A DNA stretch of 64,000 nt from an uncultured delta proteobacterium. Lineage in GTDB: Bacteria; Desulfobacterota; Binatia; DP-6. The position numbers and the translations under genes are program-made. The notes beneath the pieces were generated by a model. The model saw only the letters and a list, made by a program, of their open reading frames with translations. It was not told where the DNA came from and ran no database searches. The DNA is taken from the NCBI GenBank assembly GCA_963815115.1, contig CAWFFN010000007.1, forward strand, positions 640,001-704,000. The letters run 5' to 3'. This document shows positions 43,216 to 54,425 of the stretch, in pieces (within the stretch, counting starts at the first letter, position 1; each line of letters begins with the position of its first letter).

Positions 43216-44439
43216 CTAGGGCTGAGCACCGCACAGCGTACCGTTCACGTCACATTGCGGCGTGATGCCCCGGCTCCGCTGCTGCTGATCCAGATCGTAG
43301 ATCGCCGCGTTCGTCGCTCCGTTGGGCTCGCATCCGCAGAGCTGACTCGCGCAGCAGCTGCACCCGGCGGCCTCCTCGACCTCGATGATCGCCCCGAGGT
43401 CGCAGGTGGAAAGCCCGCTGCACGCGGTACTGACCAGGTCGCGGTCGTTGCACTGACCGGTGCACAGGGTCGCATCGCAGGTGAAGCCGACCTGGATGCC
43501 GGCGCCCTGCTTGCACTGCTGGTATTCGCGGCACACTGCTGCGCAGCCCCCGCCGCTGTCGGCAGGCAGCGCCGTCGTCCCGGGGACGTAGAGCGGGCAG
43601 CCGCTGGCGCCGGGAGCGTCCGGAACGCAGCTCGCGGGAGCGGGGAAAGTCTGCGCGCCGGGCGCATAGGCCGCAGACCACACCTCACCGTCCGGCGGCG
43701 TGCACTGCTGGTCGTTCTCACCCAGCTGATACGGACCGTCATAGATCGGGCACGAGCACTGGACGATTCCGGGATTGCCCGTCCGGGTGCAGGGGGCCGT
43801 CATGCACCCGGCATACGGAGCCGCCGTCGTGCAGTTCGTCTGGCCGATGCCGTCCGTCGGAACGCAGTCGAAGCTGAACGTGGAGATCGAGTCGGCCCCC
43901 GGAATCAGCCGCCGTCGATTGATGGCGCGGCACACGGGCGCGGCATTGACGCGGGTGCAGCGACTGCCGTCGGCTCCGCAACGCTTGACGGTCTTGCGAT
44001 AGACCCCGGAGTTCAAGATGGCGTTGATGTCGACGAAGTACGCCCCGTACGGGATGGCGTAGCAGTTACAGTTGGCGAACCGGCCATCCTCCGTGAGCGT
44101 GCAGCCGATGCCCTCGGCCGTCGTGCTGGGTCCCGAGTAGTAGCAGAGTGCGAACGGGCCTCCCTGGCAGGAGAGGAAGTTGGAGCCTTTCAGCAGGATG
44201 TCCGCGTACGCCGCGACGGGCGTACAGTTCGCGCCCGTGCACCCCTGTGGCAGCTCCGTGGTCGCGTGTCGTGGACTGCTCCAGAACCGATAGCTGTTCG
44301 GGACAAAGTGAACCTGCCGTCGTCCGCTTGCCTCGGCGGACCGCCCCTGGTTCGGCTCGGCTGCGCCCGCGATGGTGTAGCCGAGTACGCTCGTCGCGAC
44401 GAGCGCCAGGAGAGCCCGTCCCAGTCCGCCAGATGTCAT
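43216..44439 (-). CDS. Secreted cysteine-rich hypothetical protein
   Basis: Signal peptide; about 34 Cys in 407 aa; GGAGG RBS. Confidence 0.8.
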   Translation of the reverse strand: MTSGGLGRALLALVATSVLGYTIAGAAEPNQGRSAEASGRRQVHFVPNSYRFWSSPRHATTELPQGCTGANCTPVAAYADILLKGSNFLSCQGGPFALCYYSGPSTTAEGIGCTLTEDGRFANCNCYAIPYGAYFVDINAILNSGVYRKTVKRCGADGSRCTRVNAAPVCRAINRRRLIPGADSISTFSFDCVPTDGIGQTNCTTAAPYAGCMTAPCTRTGNPGIVQCSCPIYDGPYQLGENDQQCTPPDGEVWSAAYAPGAQTFPAPASCVPDAPGASGCPLYVPGTTALPADSGGGCAAVCREYQQCKQGAGIQVGFTCDATLCTGQCNDRDLVSTACSGLSTCDLGAIIEVEEAAGCSCCASQLCGCEPNGATNAAIYDLDQQQRSRGITPQCDVNGTLCGAQP

Positions 44440-44878
44440 CAGCTGCGTCCTCCGGAGCGATGTCTCGCGACCTCACAGCACGTGAGACGAGCCATCTTCC
44501 GCTGCGCGCCTGCCCCCAGGCGTCGTTCCCGGGTCGATCGGTTCCGCTGAGGGACTTGGCGAACTGGTCGGGTGAACGGGCCGAGGCCCGTAGTCACCAG
44601 TGTGTATCGTGGGTGCGCCTCGTCCGGCAAGCCGACCGCCGTTCGCCGCGCGCGGCCCATCCATGTCGGACACACGTCGCTCGACGCTCTCTCAGGGAGG
44701 GAACGAGTCCCGCCGATCTACACTTTACACATTCGATGCGCCGTGACGTGCAAATTGCCCGCGAAATTGCTGCGGAATCGGGGCTGACGCTTCGGCACCG
44801 CTCCTGCAGCACGTCGCCGAGTCAGCACGCGCGACGACAAGACACTCACACATTGCACGCACGCTAGATCGAAGCCGG

Positions 44879-45529
44879 GTGAAGCAGCAGAAGACCAGTT
44901 CGAGTGGGCAGCGTTCGGATGCTGCATCCTCCGAGACGTCGAGAGCTGCTCGGCTCCCCGGCCCCGACGTCATGCTCGGCATCCTACGCTCGGCGCACAC
45001 GGCGCCGCACGACCCGCGCCTCGGGTCCGTGCTGGAGGCCTTCCGCAAGAGCTGGCTCGCCCTCGGACGCCGGCGCTACTCCCGATTCCAAGACGACCTT
45101 GACGACGTGGTTCAGACCGCGCTCATCAAGCTCGTCTCGCCCGACAAGCTCGCCACCGTGCGCGATGCCGCGCGGCTCGAGGCGTGGGCTCGCAGCCTCT
45201 TCATCCGTTCCGTTCTCGACTTGGTCCGTGAGACGAGGCGGCACAGCCGCAGAACATACGTCGGTGCACCCGGTGACGATCCGGAGTGGGCCCTGCGCGA
45301 GTCGATTCCTGCCGAGCAGCCCACTCCCGAAGACCTGGCCGGGTACCGCGAGCGCCTCGCCATCGTCGCACGGGTTGCTTCCCGGCTGGAGGCCGCTCGG
45401 CTCAGGTTCGGGCAGGATCTTCCCGAGAAGGAGATCGCCAAACGGCAGGGCGTCAGCCGCCACTGCGTCGCCGGTCAGCTGAAACGCACGCGGAAGGCGC
45501 TTCGGCAGGCCTTTCAGGACGCCGAGTAG
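44879..45529 (+). CDS. Divergent ECF-type sigma-70 factor
   Basis: DLDDVVQTALIKL...AWARSLFIRSVLDLVR (region 2); EKEIAKRQGVSRHCVAGQLKR (region 4). Confidence 0.75.
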   Translation: MKQQKTSSSGQRSDAASSETSRAARLPGPDVMLGILRSAHTAPHDPRLGSVLEAFRKSWLALGRRRYSRFQDDLDDVVQTALIKLVSPDKLATVRDAARLEAWARSLFIRSVLDLVRETRRHSRRTYVGAPGDDPEWALRESIPAEQPTPEDLAGYRERLAIVARVASRLEAARLRFGQDLPEKEIAKRQGVSRHCVAGQLKRTRKALRQAFQDAE

Positions 45530-45586
45530 CACGCGATCCCCGCGCAAGCCTGGAAGTCGCGCCGGTCCTCGGGCGCGCGCGACGGC

Positions 45587-47335
45587 TCAGAACCCCAGGG
45601 TGGACAGCGCGGCGGCGCCGACCCCGCTCGCCAGGAGGAGGTCGCGGCATTCTTCGTAGTACGGTGACGCCACGAAGCACGCGCTCGGCCCACCCGACGT
45701 CGCGGAGTTCAAGATCTTCAGCTGGAGATCGGCGGGCAGTGACCGGAACCGCTCCCGAGGCCCGCGGTACGCGGTGCAGCCGAGATACTGATCGAGGAGC
45801 GCATCCGGCATCTGCAGCAGGTACGTCCTCCCGCAGGCTTCGAACGCACGTGCGGCGCTCACGCGCTGCGAAATGGAGGTGCCGTAGGTCGTCGCGTCGA
45901 CGGCCTGAATGGCTCCCACCGCGATCGAGGCGTCATCCGTACCCTGGAGTCCCTCGTAGAGGTGGAACGGGTTCGCGAGCGGTGCCTGGGCGCGACGGAT
46001 CGCGTCGAAGTAGCCCCACCAGGACGTCCCACCAAGTCCGGAGGCGAGGGCCCGCAGCGTCGCCTTGCGGCTCCGTCGATGTCTTCCGGCAACGAACAGC
46101 TCGCCGCGATCGCTCCGGTCGGCGTCCCGAAGAACCATCACCGGGTAGACGCCGGCCTCCAGCGGAGGCACGGTGAAGCGCACCCCCTTGGCACGCCAGC
46201 TCTTCGCGACGACGTCACGTCCTTCGATCAGGAGCGTGCCGCGAGCAGCGGCGAAGCCCCGGCCCTCGACCCTGACCGTCCCCCCGACCCGGGTTCCGGC
46301 GGGCGGCTGCATGACGCGGGCGATCCTGAGCGATCCGCACCAGGGGTCGCTCCCGTCGGTGAGCCCGTTGCCGTCATTGTCCCGCCCGTCGTCGCACCGT
46401 TCGAGGGTGCATGCGTCTCCGCGCCCGTCGCCGTCCGAATCGATCTGGCGGAAGTTCGGCGCGTGCAGGCAGTCGTCGCAGGCGTCGCCGACGAGATCCT
46501 CGTCGGTGTCGAGCTGCAGCGGGTCGGGCACGGCTGGACATGCGTCGCAGACGTCGGCGACACCGTCGCCATCTCCATCGGGACCCTCGCAGCGCGCGCG
46601 ATCGAGCTGCACCGACACGTCGTAGACCACGTCGTCGAAATCCCAGTCGCCGAAGGCGCTCAGATCCTCGAACGCGAACTGCGTGAGCGGCGCCGACTGG
46701 CTCGCGAAGGCCACCACGTGGTCGCCGCCATATCGGCTCTGCGGGTCCGGGTTGAGGCGGCTCAGGGAGAAGTAGGCGGTAGGCTGCCTGGCGGGATCGT
46801 TGGCGGGGTTCGATGCCAGGAGCTCCGCGAGAGTCCCGCCATGCACGATGAAGAAGACGAGCAGGTCGCCGCCGGTCGCGCCGACGGTCACATCGGGGAC
46901 CGACGCGTCCGATCCCGCCGGGAAGATGACCGAGGATTTCCCGAGAGCCGCACGCAAGTATCCCGGCTCCGCGGGGCTCAGGCCTTCGACGGCTCCCCTC
47001 GCCTCGTCGACCCGGAACACTCCGAGCTCGTTCGGAACGCTCGCTTCCGCGAACACGAAGGCGAACTGAAGTTCGACCGGTCCCTCGCCCGGAACACGGA
47101 ATATCTCGACGTCGGGAATCGGAACGAAGTCGGGACACTTGAGCTGGACGCCACCGGCACCCTGATCGCCGCATACCGGGAGCCGGACGAGCGATGGAAT
47201 CTCGGGATCGGCGCGCCCGGCGCGGGGTGCCACGATCCCGATGGCGGCTGCGATGAGGGCCAGAGAACGAACGCGCAGAGACGGACGATGAAGCATGCGA
47301 AGCATGTGCAATCGTGGTGCCCCACAACCACGCAC
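45587..47335 (-). CDS. Secreted protein with DUF4114-like, thrombospondin type-3 and IPT/TIG domains
   Basis: [15 protein letters not shown]...DWDFDD; [13 protein letters not shown] repeats; [11 protein letters not shown]; [11 protein letters not shown]; start uncertain. Confidence 0.78.
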   Translation of the reverse strand: MRGCGAPRLHMLRMLHRPSLRVRSLALIAAAIGIVAPRAGRADPEIPSLVRLPVCGDQGAGGVQLKCPDFVPIPDVEIFRVPGEGPVELQFAFVFAEASVPNELGVFRVDEARGAVEGLSPAEPGYLRAALGKSSVIFPAGSDASVPDVTVGATGGDLLVFFIVHGGTLAELLASNPANDPARQPTAYFSLSRLNPDPQSRYGGDHVVAFASQSAPLTQFAFEDLSAFGDWDFDDVVYDVSVQLDRARCEGPDGDGDGVADVCDACPAVPDPLQLDTDEDLVGDACDDCLHAPNFRQIDSDGDGRGDACTLERCDDGRDNDGNGLTDGSDPWCGSLRIARVMQPPAGTRVGGTVRVEGRGFAAARGTLLIEGRDVVAKSWRAKGVRFTVPPLEAGVYPVMVLRDADRSDRGELFVAGRHRRSRKATLRALASGLGGTSWWGYFDAIRRAQAPLANPFHLYEGLQGTDDASIAVGAIQAVDATTYGTSISQRVSAARAFEACGRTYLLQMPDALLDQYLGCTAYRGPRERFRSLPADLQLKILNSATSGGPSACFVASPYYEECRDLLLASGVGAAALSTLGF

Positions 47336-47570
47336 CCGTCACCTGTCGCGGAACCTCGCGTATTGTCGGCGAATGCGAGAGTCTGCGAGAGGCCGGGCAG
47401 GTTCGGAATCTGTGCATATCCCGGGCATAACCTTCGCGGGTTGTAGGACATACAATCGGGGCAGCGGGGGGCGCTCCAGGCACCACGAATCCTTCGACAC
47501 GGGCGCGGACCCGCTGCCGCCACGCCGTCTCCGGCGCGACAAACGCCTTGCGGCCGCGGAACCCGGGCGT

Positions 47571-48113
47571 GCCGCCACGAATCGGGACCTGGAAGCAGCC
47601 ATGGCCGGGGGCGAGTTCCGGAGCGACCTCTTCTATCGGCTGAACGTGTTCCCGATCGAGGTGCCCCCACTGCGTGAGCGCAAGGAGGACATTCCCCTGC
47701 TGGTCGCATACTTCGTCGACCGCTACGCGAGCAAGACGGGGAAGACCATCCGAACTCTCGACAGGCGAACCGTGAACGTCCTCCGGGCGTATCGCTGGCC
47801 GGGCAATGTCCGGGAGCTGCAGAACGTGATCGAGCGGTCGGTGATCGTCTGTGAAACGGACACGTTCGTCGTCGCCGACGGCTGGCTGTCTCGGGAGTCC
47901 ATCCCGGCGCCGCTGCCGGCGCAGTCTCTCGCTGAAGAGCTGGTCGCTCGCGAGAGGCACCTGATCGAGGCGGCCCTGGCCGATACCAGGGGGCGGATAT
48001 CCGGACCATCGGGGGCCGCGGCACGGCTCGGCATTCCCTCCTCGACGCTGGAATCGAAGATCAAGGCACTGGGGATCGCGAAGGGGCGGTTCAAGGTCGG
48101 TCGACCTCGCTGA
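47571..48113 (+). pseudogene. C-terminal fragment of an FhlA/NifA-like sigma-54 activator
   Basis: Starts abruptly at AATNRDL...FRSDLFYRLNVFPI, WPGNVRELQN, HTH GAAARLGI; Walker A, GAFTGA and Walker B absent. Confidence 0.85.
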
Positions 48114-48285
48114 TGCGGACGCCGCTCGCACCGCGGGGAGGTCCCGCTGCGATCAGGGTCCGAGCATCGCGAACCCGTTGCAAAGCGTGAGCGCGCTCAC
48201 GGTCCCGGGAGCATCGAAGGTGACCACCAGCCGCACGCTGTCGCGCCGGGTCGCGCAACGCGACGTGCGATGGCAGGATCCCGAG

Positions 48286-48996
48286 ATGCCCCGAACCATC
48301 GTCCTCGTCCACGGCGCCTGGCACGGCGCGTGGTGCTGGGCGCCGCTGCAGGCGACGCTCGATGCTGCCGGTGCGCCGAGCCTCGCACTCGACCTACCCG
48401 GCCATTCGACCTCCCCGGAGCCCTTGGGTGACCTCTACGGCGACGGAGCCGCGGTCGGTCGACTCCTGGACACCGTGGCTGGCGACGTCGTCCTCGTCGG
48501 CCACTCCTACGGTGGGGCGGTCATCTCCGAGGCGGCGAGGGACCGCACGAACGTCTCGCACCTCGTTTACGTCGCGGCCTTCTGCCTCGAGGTCGACGAA
48601 TCGGTGCTCGGGTTCTCTCGTGTCCAGCCGGACCAGGACTACGCACTCGCGAAGGCCCTCGTGTTCGCCGAGGACGGCACCACCGTCACGGTCGATCCGT
48701 CACTCGCCCGGGAGGCGTTCTACGGCGACTGTACGGACAACCAAGCTGCGGCCGCGATCCCGAGACTCGGTGCCCAGCCGCTCGCGACCTTCACCCAGTC
48801 CCAGCGGTCAGCGCCCTGGAAGGTACTGCCGTCGACCTACCTGCTGGCGGAGCGTGACAACGCCGTCCCCGGGTCGCACCAAGAAGTCATGGCCCCTCGG
48901 TGTGGCACCGTGGTGCGGCTCGACAGCGACCATTCGCCGTTCATGAGCCACACCGCACGGCTCGCCAGCCTGCTGGTGTCCCTCGCGTCGGCGTGA
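48286..48996 (+). CDS. Alpha/beta hydrolase (esterase-like)
   Basis: VLVHGAWHGAWCW, GHSYGG, DHSPF. Confidence 0.92.
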   Translation: MPRTIVLVHGAWHGAWCWAPLQATLDAAGAPSLALDLPGHSTSPEPLGDLYGDGAAVGRLLDTVAGDVVLVGHSYGGAVISEAARDRTNVSHLVYVAAFCLEVDESVLGFSRVQPDQDYALAKALVFAEDGTTVTVDPSLAREAFYGDCTDNQAAAAIPRLGAQPLATFTQSQRSAPWKVLPSTYLLAERDNAVPGSHQEVMAPRCGTVVRLDSDHSPFMSHTARLASLLVSLASA

Positions 48997-49432
48997 GGCA
49001 CCCCTCGACGAGGATACGAACACGTGGCTGGAGAGTCCCGACCCGAGCTGCATGCGGCGATCGCCGAGCTGGTGGAGCGTGACGTAGAACGCGCGCCAGT
49101 GGGTATCGTTGCGTCCCGCCCTGTCGCCATTCGCTCGGCCCCACCATGACCGCGCGTGGCGCTGGTGCGGCGCGCGAAGCTTCACGACGCGGCCAACGCT
49201 TCCGTCCCGCGAGTTCTCCGAGACGCGCCCGGCGGAAGGCGCGTAGCATGCCCCCGCAGATCGATGGCCTCCTGCGACGATGGAGTGCCGCAGAGGCCTC
49301 GAGACACGTAGCCGATGACGACGTGTGGGGATTCCTGACGATCAGAGATCCTGAACGCGCCGGCCACCATCAGCGCAAGTAGCACCACCCCGTCGCAGGC
49401 CGATCGCCGCGCAGTCGCCGCGGGGGTGGAGA

Positions 49433-49477
49433 TGGCGGCGGGCCGGATCGAACAGCCGACCTAGGGATTATGAGACC
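49433..49477 (-). repeat. att site: duplicate of the tRNA-Met 3' end
   Basis: TGGCGGCGGGCCGGATCGAACAGCCGACCTAGGGATTATGAGACC matches 63592-63636 at 44/45 positions. Confidence 0.93.
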
Positions 49478-49639
49478 GTTTCGAGGCGTGGGTGGGACAA
49501 GACACTTTTAGCAAAGACGAGCACTTAGATGCGACCGAGTGAGACGGAGATGGACCGAAAACGACCCGACCGTTGCACCAGGAATGGCACTAGCGGGCTA
49601 GCATGGTGGCGCGCCGTGGGTCGCAGCCTTGTGGGGGTA

Positions 49640-49668
49640 TTGACTTGTACGGCAATCAGCCGTACAGG
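49640..49668 (+). promoter_or_regulatory. TA promoter with palindromic operator
   Basis: TTGACT-17 bp-TACAGG; TGTACGGC-AATCA-GCCGTACA perfect 8-bp inverted repeat at 49646-49666. Confidence 0.75.
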
Positions 49669-49670
49669 CC

Positions 49671-49952
49671 ATGCCTATGAACACGGCCGCCCGTAGTCAG
49701 CGCCTCGAGGCACGCGTTACCCCCGAGCAGAAGAAGCGCCTTCAGCAGGCAGCTGACCTGCAGGGCCAGACCGTGACCGCCTTCGTCGTCAGCAGCGCGC
49801 AGGAAGCGGCCGCCCGCACGATCCAGGAGCACACCATCATGACCCTGAGCGAGCGGGATCGGGAAGTCTTCGTGTCTGCGTTGCTCACCCCGACCGTCCC
49901 CATAGGCAGACTGGCGAAGGCGGCGCGGCGGTACAAGCGGCTTCGCGGCTGA
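49671..49952 (+). CDS. DUF1778 RHH antitoxin (TacA/AtaR-like)
   Basis: RLEARVTPEQKKRLQQAA...TAFVVSSA...LSERDREVFVSAL. Confidence 0.92.
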   Translation: MPMNTAARSQRLEARVTPEQKKRLQQAADLQGQTVTAFVVSSAQEAAARTIQEHTIMTLSERDREVFVSALLTPTVPIGRLAKAARRYKRLRG

Positions 49953-50477
49953 GTGACTGCCGCTCCTGCGCCACCATACATCATCGAGCCGCTCGACTTC
50001 CGGCGGCACGATCGGAAGGCGTTCTACTGCGGCACGCCCCAACTCGACCGGTACCTCCGGGAGCAAGCGGGGCAAGACGCCCGAAGGAAGATTGCTGCCC
50101 CATTCGTCGCCATCGTTCCGGGCACGCTCGCCGTGGCCGGCTACTACACCTTGTCCGCACTCAGCGTCTTGGTCACTGACCTCCCCGCCGAGATCGCCAA
50201 GAAGCTCCCCCGACGTCAGGGCGTCCCCGTCACGTTGCTCGGGCGGCTGGCGGTGGACGCGCAGCACCAGGGAAAGGGTCTGGGTGAGTTCTTGTTGATG
50301 GATGCCCTCGCCCGGAGCCTCAAGGGAAGCGAGGACGTGGCGTCCATGGCGGTGGTCGTCGATGCGATCGACGATCGGGCGCGCGCGTTCTACGAGCACT
50401 TCGAGTTGATCGCCCTGCCCGATCAGCCGCGACGCCTGTTCCTTCCGATGCACGCCGTCGCGATGCTCCTCGGCTGA
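49953..50477 (+). CDS. GNAT acetyltransferase toxin (TacT/AtaT-like)
   Basis: HDRKAFYCG...LDRYL, AGYYTLS, LGRLAVD...QGKGLG, VVVDA...FY. Confidence 0.93.
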   Translation: MTAAPAPPYIIEPLDFRRHDRKAFYCGTPQLDRYLREQAGQDARRKIAAPFVAIVPGTLAVAGYYTLSALSVLVTDLPAEIAKKLPRRQGVPVTLLGRLAVDAQHQGKGLGEFLLMDALARSLKGSEDVASMAVVVDAIDDRARAFYEHFELIALPDQPRRLFLPMHAVAMLLG

Positions 50478-51387
50478 AGGGATGACGCCCAAAAGCCGAC
50501 CGCTGGTGACCGAGCAGCGTCACAGGCGCAACGGCCAGCGCAGGCCCCCGTCCGGCCACCGCTCCGTGGACGCGCGTGGACGCAGTCGGCCGCACAGGTT
50601 TCGTGCCGCGCGCCATACCCGTCGTCTAGTCCGGCCGAGGACGTCGGCCTTTCACGCCGGTGGGGCCTGCTATCGGGGTGCAACGGATGTTGCCCTCCGA
50701 TGGCGAAGACGCAAGTGCCGCAAGGGTTTCCGCGACGGATGGCAACCGCCCTCTCGATGCTGCTGAGTGGCGGTTGCCACACGTTCGCGCACAAACCGCA
50801 CACAGTCTACGCGCGTGGCGCACTGCCCAGCGCAGGCCCCGCTGGCTACCGAGCCGTTGACGCGCGTTGACGCCGACGCCGACGGGCCCGATAGTACCTC
50901 GGGCGACAGGCGCGCCGAGTGGTGGTCCCTGAAGAGGTACTCCTGCCGCAGCCCGTCCCGACGGGACGCCGCACCACTCTGGACCGTCGGCGTCGCCTGC
51001 CGCACGGATCGGCACGAGCCTGGCGCACGATGGGTCGCCTGAAGAGCCGGTGCATGGCCGACGCCGCGTGATGCAGCAGGGGCCGTGCTCCGATGGGCCA
51101 CGAACGAAGGTGCGCGCGGCGGTGCGCACTGACCAGCACCGGCCCTCACAGTCTGCAGCTTCGTTGACGCTTGCCAACCCAGCCCGTCGGGCGCGGCGGC
51201 GGGGCACGGTACTGACATCGTCGAGAAGAGGAAGGAGTACCAAAGGGGTATTCGCCCTTCGCGCCGACCGGCCACCGGCTCGGCGCGTCTCCCAGCCCGG
51301 CGCTGTTCCGGAACGAGCGCGACCGCAGGGGCCGTTGGCAGCAGTGGGCGCCCGCCGCAGGCGGCCCGCCGGCGCCGACTCGATCCT

Positions 51388-52204
51388 CTACTTCTGCTGG
51401 ACGGTCCCGTTGCCGCCTCGGAGCGGGATCGGATTGGTCCGCGTGCCGACCTGGTGGTACAGGGCGCCACCCGGTTTGTGGATCGAGAGCGCATACATAT
51501 CGGACGAGCCGCCCGCGCCGCCGTCGAAGAAGTCCACCCGGAAGGTGAAGTTGCCGCCGCCGATGCCCGGCACGGCGCGCCCCGTCCGCGGATCGACCGC
51601 CGTGATCGTGCAGTTGCCGGCGAAGAAGGCCACCTGCGGGCTGCTGATCACCAACGCGCCGCTCACCCACGACGTGGACTTCATGACGTAGTCGTAGCCG
51701 TCGGCGCCGAGGAACGAGTACGAGGCGTGGCCTATCGGACCCGTCGACCCGGGCTGGAACCGGACGTCGAACCTGAGGTGGCCCTTCGGATTGGTCGACG
51801 AGACCGGAACGGGCATGTTCCTGTACGAGGGATCGATCACCCAACTGCGGCGTCTGATCCACGCGCCCGGGGAGGGAGCGTAGACGGTGAGCATGTCAGG
51901 GTCGCTCGCCGGTCCGCTGTAGCGGGTGTTTGCCGGATCGACCCGGACCACGACCGTGTAGGTGTCGGCGCCGAGGGAGAGCGAGGCGCCTGTGACGAGC
52001 CCCGAGGCGTCGACGGTCCCGGGGACGATCACGTCCGGAGTGCTCATCGAGAGGTTGCCGGAGCCGTAGAGCAGGAACTGGGCAGACGCCTGGGTGAGAT
52101 CGCCCGGATTGCCGTCCACCTCCTGGGCGAGCTGGCCCGTGAGCGTGACGGTCGCGGTCGTCACCGTTGCCGAGCCGGTGGAGACGTAGTTCGGTGCGAC
52201 GTAG
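51388..52204 (-). pseudogene. 3' fragment of an Ig-like surface protein gene
   Basis: Thr/Ser/Gly-rich beta-sandwich sequence; no start or signal peptide; 5' end abuts the IS3 remnant. Confidence 0.7.
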
Positions 52205-52269
52205 GCGGCGGGCATCGCGCCGTCCGTCGGCACGGTCGGTGACTCCTATGACAACGCCCTCGCCGAATC

Positions 52270-53645
52270 GGGCTAAGATCAGCAGGTGTGTAAAAGAGGA
52301 TCGGGCGACGTAACCTTCCGGCTGCCGAAGCCAGACCCGGTTGGCGCCGGGTGGAAGGAGACATCGCCCATGAGGAGACGTAGCAGAGAGGAGCGCCCGA
52401 GGACCAGGCCGACGTGGGAGACGTTGGAGGGCTGGGTCCGGGAGAAGGTCCAGGAGTTCGTGCAGGATCTCTTGGAGGTGGAGGTGACGGAGTTGCTCGG
52501 TCGCCAGCGACACGAGCGGCGGGCCGGGATCGATGCGCCGGTCGGCTACCGCAACGGCTACGGGAAGCCGCGGCGGCTGGCGATGCAGACCGGGACGCTC
52601 GTGGTGCAGCGGCCGCGGGTGCGCGGGCTCGAGGAGCACTTCGAGAGTCGGGTGCTGCCGCTGTTCGCGCGGCGCACCGAGCAAGTGGCCGATCTGTTGC
52701 CCGAGCTCTACCTGCACGGGTTGGCCCAAGGGGACTTCGAGCTGGCGTTGCGAGGCCTGCTCGGCGACGGCGCGCCGTTGAGTGCGAAGTCGATCGAGCG
52801 CCTGCGAGCGAAGTTCGTGCGCGACTACGACCTGTGGAAGACCCGCCGGTTCGACGAGCACGAACTCGTGTACGCGTGGGCCGACGGGATCTATGTGCGC
52901 GCCGGGCTCGAGCGGGAGAAGGCGGCGTTGCTCGTGATCATCGGGGCGCTGCGCGACGGGCGCAAGGAAGTGCTCGCGGTCGTGCCCGGCTACCGCGAGT
53001 CGACCGACTCGTGGCGCGGGGTGCTGCGCGACTTGCGCGACCGCGGGCTCCAGGTGCCGAAGCTGCTGGCGGCCGACGGCGCTGCGGGGATCTGGGCCGC
53101 CGTCGCCGAGATCTGGCCCGGGGCCGCCGAGCAGCGGTGCTGGAATCACAAGATCGTGAACGTGTTGACCCAGCTCCCGAAGAAAGTGCAGGCCGCGGCA
53201 CGGGAGGCCTTGGCCGCGATCCCCTACGCGCCCACGCGCGCGGACGCCGAGCGCCGGCGCGATGCGTTCGCGAAGACGTACCGACGCGTGTACCCGCGCG
53301 CGGTCGAGATTCTCGAGACGGATTGGGACCGCCTCGTGACCTTCTACGATTTCCCGGAGGGCCACTGGAAGCATCTGCGGACGACGAACGTGATCGAGTC
53401 GCCGTTCGCGGCCGTGCGCCTGCGGACCGACGCGGCGAAGCGGTTCAAGAAGGTTGACAACGCGACGGCGCTGCTGTGGCGGTTGCTCATGGTCGCCGAA
53501 CGGCGCTTCCGCCGCCTCGATGCGCCCGAGTTGCTCGCCGCGGTCTACGACGGGAGGAAGTTCGAGGACGGAAAGCTCGTCAAGGAGAAGGCGCTGAAGG
53601 CCGCCGCCTGATCCTCAGGATTTACACACCGATTGACGCGAGCCC
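52270..53645 (+). mobile_element. Complete IS256-family element
   Basis: Imperfect 25-bp IRs GGGCT...GGTGTGTAAA; 8-bp target duplication GCCGAATC at 52262-52269 and 53646-53653. Confidence 0.93.
52370..53611 (+). CDS. IS256 family DDE transposase
   Basis: GYRNGY, WADGIY, AADGAAG, QRCWNH, RTTNVIES. Confidence 0.95.
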   Translation: MRRRSREERPRTRPTWETLEGWVREKVQEFVQDLLEVEVTELLGRQRHERRAGIDAPVGYRNGYGKPRRLAMQTGTLVVQRPRVRGLEEHFESRVLPLFARRTEQVADLLPELYLHGLAQGDFELALRGLLGDGAPLSAKSIERLRAKFVRDYDLWKTRRFDEHELVYAWADGIYVRAGLEREKAALLVIIGALRDGRKEVLAVVPGYRESTDSWRGVLRDLRDRGLQVPKLLAADGAAGIWAAVAEIWPGAAEQRCWNHKIVNVLTQLPKKVQAAAREALAAIPYAPTRADAERRRDAFAKTYRRVYPRAVEILETDWDRLVTFYDFPEGHWKHLRTTNVIESPFAAVRLRTDAAKRFKKVDNATALLWRLLMVAERRFRRLDAPELLAAVYDGRKFEDGKLVKEKALKAAA

Positions 53646-54425
53646 GCCGAATCTGTGATCGGCCTCTATAAGACGGAGGTGATCCGACGCCAAGGTCCGT
53701 GGCGCCACGTCGAGGCCGTCGAATTCGCGACGCTCTCGTGGGTCGACTGGTTCAACACCCGGCGGCTCCTCGCGCCCCTTGGCCACGTGCCGCCGATCGA
53801 GTACGAGCGCGCCTACTACGAACGTCACGCAACTCCCGCCACGGAGGCCGGACTCAACTAATCGAGCCTCCGGCGAAGCCGGGCCGGTTCAGACAGCGTC
53901 AGCGAGTTGCTTCCACGCCGTGGGCGATGGCCATGCGAAATCGGAAGAGCGGATCCGGTGCACGTTCGGATTTGCCAACAGGGGGCGCGGGAGAATCGGT
54001 AGAAGCGCGGTCGATCCGACTGCTTTGAGAAATGTGCGCCGGTGCATTGAGACCTCCCGATTCTGCTAAGTTGTGACGTTTGCCAGTCAGGCGTGAAATG
54101 AAGCCCCATATGGTCATTCCCCGGGGGCCGGCCCCGGTCCGCCACGAAGAACGGCTTATTCCGCGCGGACCGGTTCGCCACTCTATCACAGTAGCGCATG
54201 GGGTACCTAGCTAGGGTTGGCCGGTCGTCTCCACAGTGTCGTTGGTCGCGGACTACAGAGTTTCGTCGCCGCGAGGGAACTCGCCATCAGCCACTACTCC
54301 CCCCTGCGACTCGCACGTGTCTACACCGACCACTCTGCAGTGCCAATCGAGGCCAGCTAACCCACATTTGCTCCTCGGTACCATTCTGGAATAGGAGCGA
54401 ACCTCCGCGACAACGGGAGGTGGAG

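Larger units (their letters stand above)
52205..53891 (+). mobile_element. IS3-family (IS51/IS629-like) 3' remnant interrupted by IS256
   Basis: AGIAPSVGTVGDSYDNALAES (52208-52269) rejoins VIGLYKTEVI...WVDWFN (53655-53861); right IR ...GCCGGGCCGGTTCA ends at 53891. Confidence 0.88.

Noticed and set aside
572-48131. Many long overlapping ORFs (e.g. 572-4159, 9236-13066, 9256-13125, 22396-25125, 41962-44550)
   Set aside because: Arg/Ala/Pro-rich shadow frames of real genes, expected at high GC; no motifs
49433-49477. Second tRNA gene
   Set aside because: Only the 3' 45 nt; D-arm and 5' acceptor strand absent, so an att repeat
50480-51380. Coding or ncRNA feature between the GNAT toxin and the surface-protein stub
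   Set aside because: No ORF with recognisable motifs and no convincing structure
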